A DNA stretch of 64,000 nt from Mobula hypostoma (taxonomy: Eukaryota): the NCBI RefSeq assembly GCF_963921235.1, contig NC_086108.1, positions 58,096,001-58,160,000 of the forward strand. Reading direction: 5' to 3'. A model generated the notes under the pieces. The model saw nothing but the letters and a program-made list of their open reading frames with translations, was not told the origin of the DNA and searched no databases. This document shows, in pieces, positions 40,280 to 53,135 of this stretch; within the stretch, counting starts at the first letter, position 1, and the number at the start of each line of letters is the position of its first letter. The translations under genes and the position numbers were made by a program.

Positions 40280-40860
40280 CACAAGCAACACGCACAAAAT
40301 GCTGGAGGAACTCAGCAGGACAGGCAACATCTGTGGAAATGAATACAATCAACGTTTCAGGCCAAGACCCTTTATCAGGACTGGAAAAAAGATGAGAAGT
40401 CAGAACAAGAAGGTGGGCTGAGGGGAGGAAGTAGTACAAGGTGGTAGGTAAAACTGGGAGAGGGGAAGGGGGTGAAGTAAAGAACTGGGAAGTTCATTGG
40501 CAAAAGAGATAAAGGGCTGGAGAAGGGTCAATATGATAGGAGAGGGTAGAAGACCATTGAAGAAGGGAAAGGGGAGGAACACCAGAGGGAGGTGATAGGC
40601 AGGGAAAGAAATGAAGTGAGAGAGGGAAACAGGAATGGGGAATGGTGAAGGAGGCGGGGAGGCAGTTACCAGAAGTTGGAGAAATCGATGTTCATGCCAT
40701 CAGGTTGGAGGCCACCCAGAGTATAAGGGTTCTCTCCTCCAGCCTAAGTGTGGCCACATCACAGCAGTAGAGGAGGCCATGGACTGACATATTGGAATGG
40801 GAACGGGAAGTAGAATTGAAATGGGTGGCCACTGGGAGATCCTGATTCTTCTGGTAAACG
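40280..40860 (-). mobile_element. Penelope-like element terminal fragment
   Basis: Reverse complement of the 33900-34345 plus 36583-36623 region (caaaatgctggaggaactcagc..., purine-rich tract). Confidence 0.85.
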
Positions 40861-41068
40861 GAATCCACAACATTAGGTCAGTAAGTAGTGAGCAGACAAG
40901 ATCAATACATTAAAGAAAGGCATAAAAATCAAATGACTATCCAGTGTTCTACTGTTACAAATGTATACGCATAATACGGTTCATTAGTATAGTGGATGAG
41001 TAAACTTCCAAATATCGGTAATTCTCTGATTATGCATTCAAATATCTGATATTCTTCTGACTCAGCAG

Positions 41069-42761
41069 GTTAACACAAACATTTCAACAAAATATTGAAG
41101 CAAAGCCTTTACTCAGCCAGAGAGAAACAGCATCAACAGCAAGTCTACAGCAACGTGCCGAAAGACACCCAGTGAATGACTCTTTTTCTGATAAGTGGAA
41201 TGACAACTCACACTATGATAATACAGGTTTTGTCTCAGAAGAAAGCACTTCAATCTTAGAAAATCCTAGTGCCAACCCTTTAATAAGCACAAAATCAAGG
41301 AGCACATCTGCCCAGGGGCGTAGGCCTTTAATGAGACAGGACAGAATTGTAGGCATTCCACTGGAATTAGAACATACAGTACATAGTGCCAGAAGTACAC
41401 CTGAGACTGAAGTGCCTCCAAGGAACCCTTGGCAAAACTGGACCAGGACACCCAGTCCATTTGAGGACAGAACAGCGTTTCCATCAAAATTGGAGACTAC
41501 TCCTTTCAGCAGTCCTATTCCTGATAGAAAAGATTTGGGAGAGTCAACACGTGGAATTCCAGATTTTTCCAGTACATTTTCATCAGGTTCTCCATGGAGT
41601 TTCCTCAATTCCAGAGAATCTAGTTTAAGTAGAGGGCATATGGACAAATTCACACACACCTGCAGACCTGAATCTGCCAAGAGTGCTATTATTGTCAGTA
41701 AGAGTACAGAGAGACTTGCACCAATGATGAGATCAGTTAAAGCTGGTCAGTTTAAGAAATCCCAAAGCATTGATGAAATTGACATTGGGGCCTTCAAGGT
41801 TTATAATATACCACTGGACGGTTATGGTTCCAGCTCAGAAAATCCTTGTAGCATTGATATAACAGAGCAGATGCCACCCCAAGAACAAGGAATGTCACGC
41901 AGTCTTTCTGCTCCAATGTTGGATGAAGATTTATCAGACGCGTATGGAAGCATAAAGATCTCTCAGAAAATTCCGATTACAAAAAGAGTGTACCATTTTG
42001 ACCAAAGTTTCAATCCCCAAGGTGTAGTAAGTGTTAAACCTGAGAGACGAGTAACCACCTCTTTTACGCATAATGTTGACTATGGTGTGCAGCAGGGCAA
42101 GAATACTTCAAAAGATATCATTAACCCATGCTCCTTCAGAGGCTATGAACCCATGGAACACATGTATTCATTCTCACAGGCTACAGTAAATGATGAACCT
42201 ATGAATCCTCGGTTTTCAGCTCAAGAGGACCGGGTTGGATTCTTAAGAAGGGGTGACTCTATGGCAACCTCTACAGAAATGGCATTGCATCGAAGAGTTA
42301 ACGAAGCCTCAGAGGCCCCCCAAAGTGACAGATATGTCAGGACTCACTACCGAGGGGTTTTAGAACATCAAAACAGTGCATCATTGGTTGAGTCACAATA
42401 TCTCAAAAGAAATGAAAGGTATGATGAAGATTATTCAACGTTCCAAGACTTGAAAAATCAGGGTAGGAATTTCCAAGATAAGCCTTTGACTCAGAGGAGG
42501 CCTTTGTCTGCGAGGAGCTACAGTACAGAAAGCTATGGATTTTCCCAAACCAGACCAGTTTCAGCAAGGCCTACCATGGCTGCTCTGTTAGAGAAGTTAC
42601 CTTCTGATTATAACATTGCTAACTACAGTGAAAAGCCTTCAGCGAGCAATGATCTAAGAATCAGGTCCTCACAGTTGAAAGGAGATGAGAGCACCGCTAA
42701 AATACCTCTAGACTGGAGACAACAACTGCTTAGGCATATAGAAGCAAAACGGTTAGATAGG
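41069..42761 (+). CDS. LRRC7: LRRC7 large central exon (1693 nt, phase 2 to 0)
   Basis: ctcagcag|G TTA...GAT AGG|gtgagt. Open frame with SHYDNTGFV, RRPLMRQDRIVGIPLELE, NPWQNWTRTPSPFEDRTAFPSKLETTP, FKKSQSIDEIDIG, RRPLSARSYSTESYG, DWRQQLLRHIEAKRLDR, all densin-180 signatures. Confidence 0.97.
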
Positions 42762-43139
42762 GTGAGTGTGTTTTGTTCTTTACAAAATGTTTTGATAGTA
42801 TAAATATTGCATTTTCATCTATTTTGTTCAAAAAAATCACTTGAAGTCATTTGTTTAATTCTTTGATTGCTGAGGGGGTGAATTTGCTCTATCGAGAAGA
42901 TCATAATTCAATCCCAGGCCTCAACCAATAGGATGATATCAACTCATTTATTAGCTGTGTCTTTAGCTACCGATGCAAATATTACATATTGTTCCTATCA
43001 TGATTACCTGTCTGCAATATTTTGGACTGTATGGAAATGGAGGTCAAATAAACATTGGATTAAGCTCAGCTGAGATGGTAATTAGAAGATCATCCAATTC
43101 CTATGTGGAAAACTTTAAGGTACAAGTTAGAGGGTCTAA

Positions 43140-44325
43140 GTAGGCCCAAACATAAGAGCAGAAATGGGGCATGAGTCACTTAATCTCTCTCTGTATTCAA
43201 TAATGTTATGGCTGGTCTTTGGCCTCAATTTAACTTTCCTGTTTGTTCCCCACAAGACCTAAAAACGTATGTCTACCTCAGCCCTGAATATGTACAATTG
43301 CTGAGTCTCAACAGTTCTCTAAGATGGAGAATTCCAAAGATTCATGATCCTCAGAGAAAAGAAATAATTTGATCTTTGTTTTGAAACTATAATCCCCATT
43401 CTGGATTATCCATGACAGAAACCTAGCTGTTTTGTTAGACCCCTTTGAATCTTGCATACTATAATAAAATTACCTGCCATTCTCCTAAATTTCCGTGATT
43501 ATTAGCTCACAATTTAACTTTTAGAGGGCCTGCTGACTACACACACTAGCAATGTTTTCCCATGCTTTCTCTTGCCTCCAGCCAGACTGATTTTACACCA
43601 TGACTCTCTGAAGAAAGATTATTTTTTCATTTCTGTAAAAATCACATCCTTTATTAACAGAGCTATCCTACCTCTTGTTTTTCCTTTTTACCTAGCCTTG
43701 TAAAATATTCAGTATCCTTGAATATGGGATGCTAGCTTTGGTCACCTTGCAAATGTATTTCTCTAATGGTTAAGATCATATCCAGGTATTTCTATTTCTG
43801 CAATCAGGTCACTCATCTTAACAGTCATAATCATAGAGTTAAACAGCACAAACAGGCCCTTTCAGCCCATCATGCCCATGCCAACTATCTAGTACCTGTC
43901 TATACTATTCCCATTTACCAGTACCTGACTCATTGAGTGATTCAAGTACTTGTCTAGATAGTTCTTGAATGTTATGAGAGTACCTGGCTACATCACCCAC
44001 TCAGGTAGAACCATCTAGAACCTGGATGAAAACATTCTTCCTTAAATCACCTCTAAATCTTCTAGTTCTTATCTTAAATATTTGCCCTTGGGTTTTAGTT
44101 AATTCTGACACATTGAAAGGTTTCCTATTGTTTTTCCTGTCTATGACTTTCATAATTTTGTATACTACTATCATGTCCCAGCAAGTCCCTTCTCAGTCTC
44201 TCCTCAGCACTATAAAGTGCCCTGTCCCAGGGGACATTAGGTAAATCTTCTCTCATCCTCTCCAGTGTAATCACATCCCTCCTATAGTGTGGTGACCATG
44301 ACTGTATGCAGTACCCCAGCATTTC
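43140..44325 (-). mobile_element. Cluster of decayed CR1 fragments
   Basis: 3' tails at about 43150 and 43825. LGYCIQSWSPHYRRDVITLER. Confidence 0.65.
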
Positions 44326-47300
44326 ACTTCCAAAGTCCTTTACGGTCCTTTACAGGAGCTTTTCCCAAAGGATATTTTCACATTTCCTATGAGATCATAT
44401 TTTGAATCTTTTCCTATTTTCTCAAACTCTTGATTTGGGTTGTTGCTACTGGGATGCTTATACATTCAGCATTGATTGTCTTTAACACAATTCTTCTTTC
44501 CTCCATAGAGAGTCTTCAGCCTGAATTGTTAACTCTGTTTCTCATTCTGCAGATTCTGCCTCACCTGCCAAGTATTTGACTATTTTCTGTTCTTATTATC
44601 CACCCTGCCCTCTTCACTGCACCTAGTTCCCCCATTCAACAAGTGCCATCATCTGTAGTATTTATATTTCATGAAACTGGACTCCAAACATATGTTAGCA
44701 AAAAAATCCTATAATAATATTAGCTAAAATGAAAAAGGCTATGACAGCCTGGGGTGACAGTAATTACCAAATAATTATTTTTAGTAGGGCAACTCATTAA
44801 TTGTGCAACTTGCATAACATGCAGCTTATTTGCCAATAATTAATACTGTGAAGAATCCACAAATGAAATGCAAAATGCAGAACTTAACTAAATGGTAGAT
44901 ATATATAAAATTGCTTAAAATCCACTCAAATATTACATTGAATGTATGGTGCTTTGATCCAATTAGCATCACAAAAGGAGGTCACTTTCATGCTGGTCGT
45001 ATCTATTCAGATGAATTCCATCTCCCAGGTCGGGCAGTGTAGCCTTGTAGATGATGCAATATACCCATTCATTTACTTTTAATGAATTGAGAATTTCTAT
45101 TCGGCTCTTTGAATGAAAGCATTTCTTCTCATTTTTCTTCTATTCCTGCCTATTTATCTATATACCTTTTTGTAAATCTGTATCCCATAAACCTAGTTAT
45201 AGAATTCTCTAATAAAGGAAATATCTAGGCAATTATTTTGTTTAAAGCAAAACTTCTGCAGTCCTGACAATATTTTGGTAAAATTCCATTGTTCCCTTTC
45301 TAACCTCTCCAATCTATTTCACCTGATGTGTACTCAACATCTTCCCATAGTCATGGCTGCAAGTTATTCCTGATGTGGTTAGCACATAAATGAACATGCT
45401 CCCACTGAAGGTTTCATTTTTGTTCTCCTTATAGCAGTTTTCTCAATACTTTGGAGTTGATTCTGACTCTCTGTTCTCGGCCAATGCTCTGTTGAAGCCT
45501 TTGAATCAATCATTAGGTGCAGCCTTCCAGATTTTGCAGCACAGTGCTGGAAGTCCAGGACATACGACAACTTAAGTGGCTGAATGCCAGCAACTCTATT
45601 TGGCAAAAGCCAGCACAATCTGGCCAATTATAAGTGCCAATGGCTAAATACTCATGTACACTATAGCCTGTTTCCATGCTAGTTCTTGGACTTAATATTG
45701 CATAAAGCTATCCTCTACCGAAGATTAGTATTTTTCAGACAAAAGCTAGTCTCCTTTTCCTAATGTATATGTGGGTTAAAATCATCAATTAAAAGTGATT
45801 TACCTTACTAACTTCTGCATGTGTGCATTTTGCACACGTTGCAAGTCTGAATAGTGTGTTAGATGCATCTCTCTTTCACTATCAGTTGATTCCCCCTCCC
45901 TCTCAAATGTTCCTTCAAGCACATCATGATATTCCTTAATTAGCACACATTATGGTGTCTTCTCAAGTTCCTTCTTGTACAAGTTTCCATGTCCATCTGC
46001 CTATTAACTTATTGGCCTAGAAATTCATCTGCAGCAATTTTCGGATGTTAGGTCAGTATTAGTAATCTCCTTAACATTGTTCTGAAAAGCTCTACAAAGG
46101 TGGTCAAATTCATTAGCCCTGTAGATTTCCTTACTGTTACTTTACTCAGTTTCAAGATCATTGGATGTCTATAGTCTAATTATTCATGGTACTAGCAAAT
46201 AATTCTGGCCTTGGAAAGCAACCTTTAGACGGACAAATCATAATACAAACAGAATTTTTTCCAGGTACTGTGGAGCGTGTTGAGAAGGTGTGCATGCTTT
46301 ACTGATGGAAGGAAAGTCTTTAGCTTGGGGTGAGGACATGGGGTAAGTGAACTGCACAGACTGTTGAAGAACAATGCATGTAAGAGACATCCTTATAGAG
46401 AAGGGCACTCCTGACATGAATGCCTTTTCTGAATTTTGTGAAATCAGGTAAAGCAGGCAAATGTCACAGCCAGCTCTGAATGCTGAAGTTATATTAACAA
46501 AAATTGAGAGGCTCCTCACCATTCGGTTTGAACTTCTGCAGTGAAGACCAAGCAGCGTAGTGCCATGCTACATAACAGCAAACAGCTTGGCAGGGTCCTA
46601 AGGTTAGGTTTCTGCGAAGGAGTGCAGCTTTGACATTGACAACAGTGCAATGCTTGGTACAGCTTGTACTAGAGATTGTCTGAGGACAGAAAAGCAAGCA
46701 AGGGTTACTTTTTAGAACTGTTGCCTACATATACCTTGGTTCTGCAATAAATGTGTTTGAGGGAAGAGCATGAGTCCTGCAGAGAGGTACTGCATCCCGT
46801 CCATTTTATCTGTTACCTTCTCCCTGCAGTTCCTGGTAAGCACTTCCTCATTTGCAGGATTTCTTCTGGCATTTCTGGGCACTAAAAAAAGAGGAAGGAC
46901 CTGTTTATATCATTGCGCAGTGCAGTGACTGCGATCCCAGATTGATTCCGTTTACTTGAGGTTTGTTTTGCTGGAAGTTGAGTAGTGCTCTGCCATGAAT
47001 GACAGAGAACTCTTTCTGGAACCCTTTTTAAAAAATGCTGCTCTGGAGCATTTTGTGTTAATAAAACCTAGTTCTTCTATGAGCAAAGTGTCATTTGTTG
47101 TTTCCTGCAGAGTGGATGTGAAGGTCTATCATTACTGTATGTCAGTGGAGACAAGGTTATCTATGGATATGTAAGGTAGACCTGTTCCATTGTGGTCACC
47201 CCAACCTCTTCAGAATCAAAATAGCTAACTGTGTGGATGTTTTTGTTGGCTGATGGGCAAGCCTGAAAAATGCTGCTTTATATCTTACAGCTACTGTTAA

Positions 47301-49400
47301 TGGTATCTTGGCTATATTACATGGAATTAATTTTACTCCATTTTTATGACTATGAATAAAATGTAATTCTTATGTTTTTTATCTCGGAATAATTAAATTC
47401 AACAACAAATAGCTCCTTTACATCAACACATTTCTCGACAGTAACAACTATTAAAATAATTATCTCTTATCTAGCTGCCAGATTCTTTTCAAAATATCAA
47501 CAGTAACTGCCATGAATAATCACCAGGTTAAGACAGTGATTTTTGACTTTTATTTTCAAGTGGTTTTATTTTCACTGGTTCATTTGGAGGTCAGCAGTGT
47601 GTGTATTAACAAAATTGAATCTGAAACAGGTGAAAGAAATCTGTTTTTCTCCCCACTTAATTGATCTTTTAAAAATACAATACAATTCCACAACGTAACC
47701 CCCCCCACCTACCTACCCAATTCTCTTATATAATTCTTCAGCAATGCATCAACCTTGCACTGTATCAGTGCATCTATTTCTCAGAATTTAATTCCTGAAT
47801 GTAACTGTCATTAGGATTGTTGTGCTCTTGAGAAGGCTGGAGAGGGATATCCCGACCTCTCAGATGATTCCTACACATTTACAAGTGGCACAGAAGAAAA
47901 TATGCAGATGGTAAAAAAAACTGAAATAAACAGATAACTGGTAGAAATGCATAGCAGATCAAATAGGATCTGTGATGAAGTTTGCTTCATCAGTAACCTC
48001 TCATCTACTGACAGATTATGTCCCCGTCTGAATAATTCATCACAGTCGTGGATGAAGCTGAGGTATGAATGGTTCATTCTTTCACTAGGTGATGCATTTA
48101 GCTACTTATATAAATAGACGTAAAACTGGGAAATGTGCTTAATGGTGAAACAGAGCTGGTTTTTTTTATCATTACCTGAAGGTTCAAATTAGGGTTCAAA
48201 TCTGTTTTTGAGATGAAATTTTAATATGCCTGCTTGATAAAATGACACTGCTTGAAATTAGTGTGGACAATATGAAATTCCTAGTTCCCAGCTGGCACAT
48301 TCTTCTAGGTCAATTCTTCTCCAGATATAGTATCTATTTACAGTTACACTAATAACTCCACTAAGAGAACTTGTTTGTGATATGGAAAATACCACAGTAA
48401 TACAATCAGTTTGCTATTCTGAGTTTGGGTTAAGACACATTTTTAGATTGCGGATGGCAATATTAGACTTCACCTGAGATAGCTTCATACTAGTGTTGTT
48501 TGCTTTTTATATACAAATCAACATGCTCAAGCTGGTACTTACAAAATCTTAAAAATTTTGACGTTCGTTACAGTGGCTTGTAAAAATATTCAGCCCCCAG
48601 CCCTTTATTTACATAAATGAGTATTACAACCAGGGATTTTGATCAACTTAACTGAGAATTTTTGTTTGTGAATCACATGCGTCTTTTTTTTCCACAATAG
48701 ATCCCAAACAGCAGAGAAAATTGTAAAGCATGAAAAACTAAAATTTTAGAAACTGCAATGTCAGCAGTTCAAAAGTATTCATCTCCTTTTCTCCGTGTTT
48801 AGTTAAACCAGCTTGCACAGCTATTACAGCCAGTAGTCTTTTTGGATAAGTCCCTATTAGCTTTGCACAACGTAATGGAGCAAGATTTACCCATTCCTCC
48901 ATGTAAAATTGCTCTAACTGGTTGGGGAGTGACTGTGGACAGCAAAGTTGAGGTCTTGCCAGAGATGCTCGATCAGGTTAAGGTCGATACTCTGGGTCAC
49001 TCAAGGACATCAATTTTCTTCATCTGAAGCCACTCCATAGTTGCTCTTGCTGTGTGCATAGGGTCGTTGTCCTATTGAAAAACAAATCTCCTCTCCAGGG
49101 GTAGTGTTCCCTGGCTGATGCGCAGTATTAGATTTACACTGCACATACCACAAAATGTTGAGACCAAACAAATCCACTTTAGTCTCATCCGACCACAACA
49201 TCTTCTTCCATATCTTTACAGCATCTTCTAAGTGATGCTTTGCAAAGTCTTTACAGGCAAGGCTATGTTTTTTTTAGTGGTACACGTGATATAAATCTAA
49301 AACTGCACATCAGCCAGGTAACACCATCCATACCGTAAAGTTTGGTGGAGGTAGCATCTTGCTATGTGGATGCCTTCCTACAGCAGAGACTGGAAATCTG

Positions 49401-52400
49401 CTATGTCCAATTAAGAACCTATCAATCTCTGCCTTAAATACCCCCCAATGATTTTCCCTCCACAGGAGCATGTGGCAACAAATTCCACAAATTCTCCACC
49501 CTTTGGCTGAAGAAATTTCTCCGCATTTCTGTTTTGAAAGTGCGCCCCTCTATCCTGAGGATATGCCCCCATGTTCTAGACTCTCCCACCATGGGAAACA
49601 TCCTTACCACATCTACTCTGTCTAGGCCTTTCAACATTCGAAAGGTTTCAATGAGATCCCCCCTCATCCTTCTGAATTCCAGCGAATACAGACCCAGAGC
49701 CATCAAACTTCCCTCATATGATAACCCTTTCATTCCTGGAATCATTCTTGTGAACCTCCTCTGGACCTCTCCAATGCCAGCACAACTTTTCTAAGATGAG
49801 GGGCCCAAAACTGTTCACAATACTCAAGGTGAGGCCTCACCAGTGCCTTATGAAGCCTCAGCATCACATCCTTGCTTTTGTACTCTAAACCTCTTGAAAT
49901 GAATGTTAACGTGGCATTTGCTTTCCTCACCACCAACTCAACCTGCAAGTTAACCTTCAGGGTGTTCTGCCCCTGCATCCCAGATTCCTGGATTTTCTCC
50001 CCGTTTAGAAAATAGTCCGCACTTTTATTTCTACTATCAAAGTGCATGACTATGCATTTTCCAACATTGTATTTCATTTGCCTCTTTCTTGCCCATTCTC
50101 CTAATCTGTCCAAGTCCTTCTGAATTCTACCTGTTTCCTCAACACTACGTGCCACTCCACCAATCTTTGTATCATCTGCAAACTTGGCAACAAAGCCAAC
50201 TATTCCATCATCTGAATCATTTACATACAGCATAAAAAGAAATGGTCCCAACACCAACCCCTGCAGAGCACCACTGATCACTAGCAGCCAACCAGACAAG
50301 CATCCTTTTATCCCCATTTGCTGCCTCCTACCAATCAGCCAATGCTCTAACCATGTTAGTAACTTTTCTGTAACACCATGAGCTCTTAACTTGGTAAGCA
50401 GCCTCAGGTGTGGCACCTTGTCAAAGGCCTTCTGAAAGTCCAAATATACAACATCCACTGCATCCCCTTTATCTATCCTACTTGTAATCTCCTCAAAGAA
50501 TTCCAACAGGTTCATCAGGCAGGATTTTCCCTGAAGGAAACCATATTGACTTTGTGCTATCTTGTCCTGTGTCACAAGTACTTCATCAGTGCGCGCGCAC
50601 AGCTGTTCCGAATGATATCGTATCTGTGAAGTAGGGTGCCATGCACAATCCTGATTTGACAGAGACAGACATGAAGAAGCACGGAGGAACATCAGGAGAA
50701 ACTTCTGAAATGCCTTCTTTGCTGCCGCTGCTACTGTGCGATTGAGAATCTCCGGAGGGAAGGCCCCAAATCCTCGGCCTTGCCTATTGCCTGTTGCTGG
50801 GGCCAGGGGCTCGGCAGTGATGGTGCTCGTTGCATCGGTGTCAGAGAGGTGGTCGGAGGCTCGGAGTTTTCGGACGGACTCAGAGTCGGACAGTGGTCGG
50901 ATGCTTCCGGGATGCTGCATCAGCAAGTTTGCAGCGCTGGAGGTTTACCATCTGCATGAGATGATGGGACTTTCGAGAGACTTTGAGATTTACCATGCCC
51001 ATGGTCCGTTCTTATCAAATTACAGTATTGCTTTGCACTGTTGTAACTATATGTTATAATTATGCGGTTTTTGTCAGTTTTTCAGTCTTGGTTTGTCATT
51101 TGTTTTCTGTGATATTATTCTGGAAAAACATTGTATCATTTTTTTTAATGCATGCATTACTAAATGACAATAAAAGAGGGCTGCATGTCCTCATAATCTA
51201 ATCTAATCTAATCAGATCATCCTTAACAATTGACTCTAACATTTTCCCAACCACTGAAGTCAGGCTAACTGATTTATAACTTCCTTTCTACTGCCATCTT
51301 TTTTTAAAGATTGGAGCAACATTTGCAATTTTCCAGTCCTCTGGCACTATGCCAGTGTCCAATGATTTTTGCAAGATCATTTCTAATGCCACCACAATCT
51401 CTACCACTCCGTCCTTCAGATCCCTAGGGTGCAGTTCCTCTGGTCCGATGACTTATGTACCTTTAGGTCTTTTAGCTTTTTGAGCACCTTCTCACTTGTA
51501 ACAGTAACTGCACCCACTTCTTTTCCTTCACACATTACAACATCATGCATACTACTAGTGTCTTCCACAGTGAAGACTGATGCAAAATACTCATTTAGTT
51601 CATCAGCTATCTCCTTGTCCCCCATTATTATTTCTCCTGCCTCATTTTCTAGCAGTCCTATATCCACTCCCATTTCTCTTTTATTCTTAACACACTTGGA
51701 AAAAACTTTTACTATCCACTTTGATATTATTTGCCAGCTTGCTTTCATATTTCATCTTTTCCCTTCCAATGATATTTTTAGTTGCTCTCTGTAGGTTTTT
51801 AAAAACTTCCCAATCCTCTATCTTCCCACTAATTTTTGCTTTGTTGTATGCCCTTTCTTTTGTTTTTACAACAGCTTTGACTTCCCTTGTCAGCCACGGT
51901 TGTACTATTTTACCTTTGAGTATTTCTTCATTTTTAGATTACACATGTCCTGCACCTTCTTCATTTTTCCTAGAGATGCATGCCATTGCTGCTCTGCTGA
52001 CATCCCTGCCAGCAGCTCCTTCCAATTTACTTTGGCCAACTCCTCTCTCTCACCACTGTAATTTCCCTTACTCCACTGAAATACTGCTACATCAGATTTA
52101 CCCTTCTCCCTATCAAATTTCAAGTTGAACTCAATCATACTGTGATCACTGGTTCCTAAGTGTTCTTTTACCTTAAGCTCCCTAATCACCTCCGGTTCAT
52201 TACATAACATCTAATCCAGTATAGCTGATCCCCTAGTAGGCTCAACGACAAACTGCTCTAAAAAGCCATCTCTTATGCATTCAACAAACTCACTCTCTTG
52301 AGATCAATTACTAACCTGATTTTCCCAATCAACCTGCATGTTAAAATCTCCCATGACTATCATAACATTGCCCTTTTGACATGCCTTTTCTATTTCCTGT

Positions 52401-53135
52401 AGTAATCTGTGGTCCACCTCCCAGCCACTGTTGGGAGGCCTGTATATAACTGCCATCAGGGTCCTTTTACCCTTGCAGTTTCTTAACTCAACCTACAAGG
52501 ATTCAACATCTTCCGATTCTATGTCACATCTTTCTACTGATTTGATGCCATTCTTTACCAGTAGAGCCATGCCTCCCCCTCTGCCTACCTTCTTGTCCCT
52601 CCAATACAATGTGTAACCTTGGACATTCAGCTCCCAACGACAACCATCCTTCAGCCACGATTCAGTGATGGCCACAACATCATACCTGGCAATCTGTAAT
52701 AGTGTTGCAAGATCATCCACCTTATTTCTTATACTGCGCGCATTTAGATACACCATCTTGAGTACTGTATTTGCTATCATTTCTGATTCTGCATCCCTAA
52801 TGATTTGACACTCAGCCTATTGGCTGCAACTAAGTCCCATCACCTGCCTGCCCTTCCTGGCAATCCGCCTGCATGCTATCTTTACTTTTTTACCATCCGT
52901 CTTTTCCTGAGTCCCTTCACTCCGGTTCCCATCCCCCTGCCAAATCAGTTTAAACCCTCCCTATCAGCTCTAACAAACCAGCCCGCAAGAATATTGGTCC
53001 CCCTCAGGTTCAGGTGCAACCCATCACTTTTGAACAGATCATACCTCCCCCAGAAGAGATCCCAATTATCCAAGAACCTGAAGCCCTGTCCCCTGCACCA
53101 GCTTCTCAGCCACGCATTTATCTGCCAAATCATCC
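49401..53135 (-). mobile_element. CR1 LINE (ORF1 esterase end, endonuclease, RT), lacking its 3' tail, nested in Tc1
   Basis: NAWLRSWCRGQGFRFLDNW..DGLHLN; YLNARSIRNK; GTSDH; DFQKAFD; KFADDTK. Confidence 0.92.
50587..51215 (+). mobile_element. Non-coding retroposon with GC-rich body and (AATCT)n tail nested in CR1
   Basis: Interrupts CR1 between gtcacaagtacttcat and tcatccttaacaattg. AATAAA near 51169 and ATCTA repeats at 51196-51213. Confidence 0.75.

Noticed and set aside
42249..42257. RGD tripeptide in the large exon
   Set aside because: The mammalian sequence as recalled has RAD here and the region is cytoplasmic, so it is likely incidental.
41172..42803. 543-aa ORF as a standalone single-exon gene
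   Set aside because: It is an internal exon. The frame opens at the acceptor at 41069 and homology stops at the donor at 42762.
47269..47365. NAALYLTATVNGIL.. resembling the mammalian densin alternative exon NAAYKHNTVNLGML
   Set aside because: No acceptor AG in front, an in-frame TGA follows, and similarity is weak.
49742..50926. 394-aa ORF with a novel N-terminus fused to RT
   Set aside because: Chance read-through from the antisense strand of the nested insertion (50587-51215) into a broken CR1 RT.
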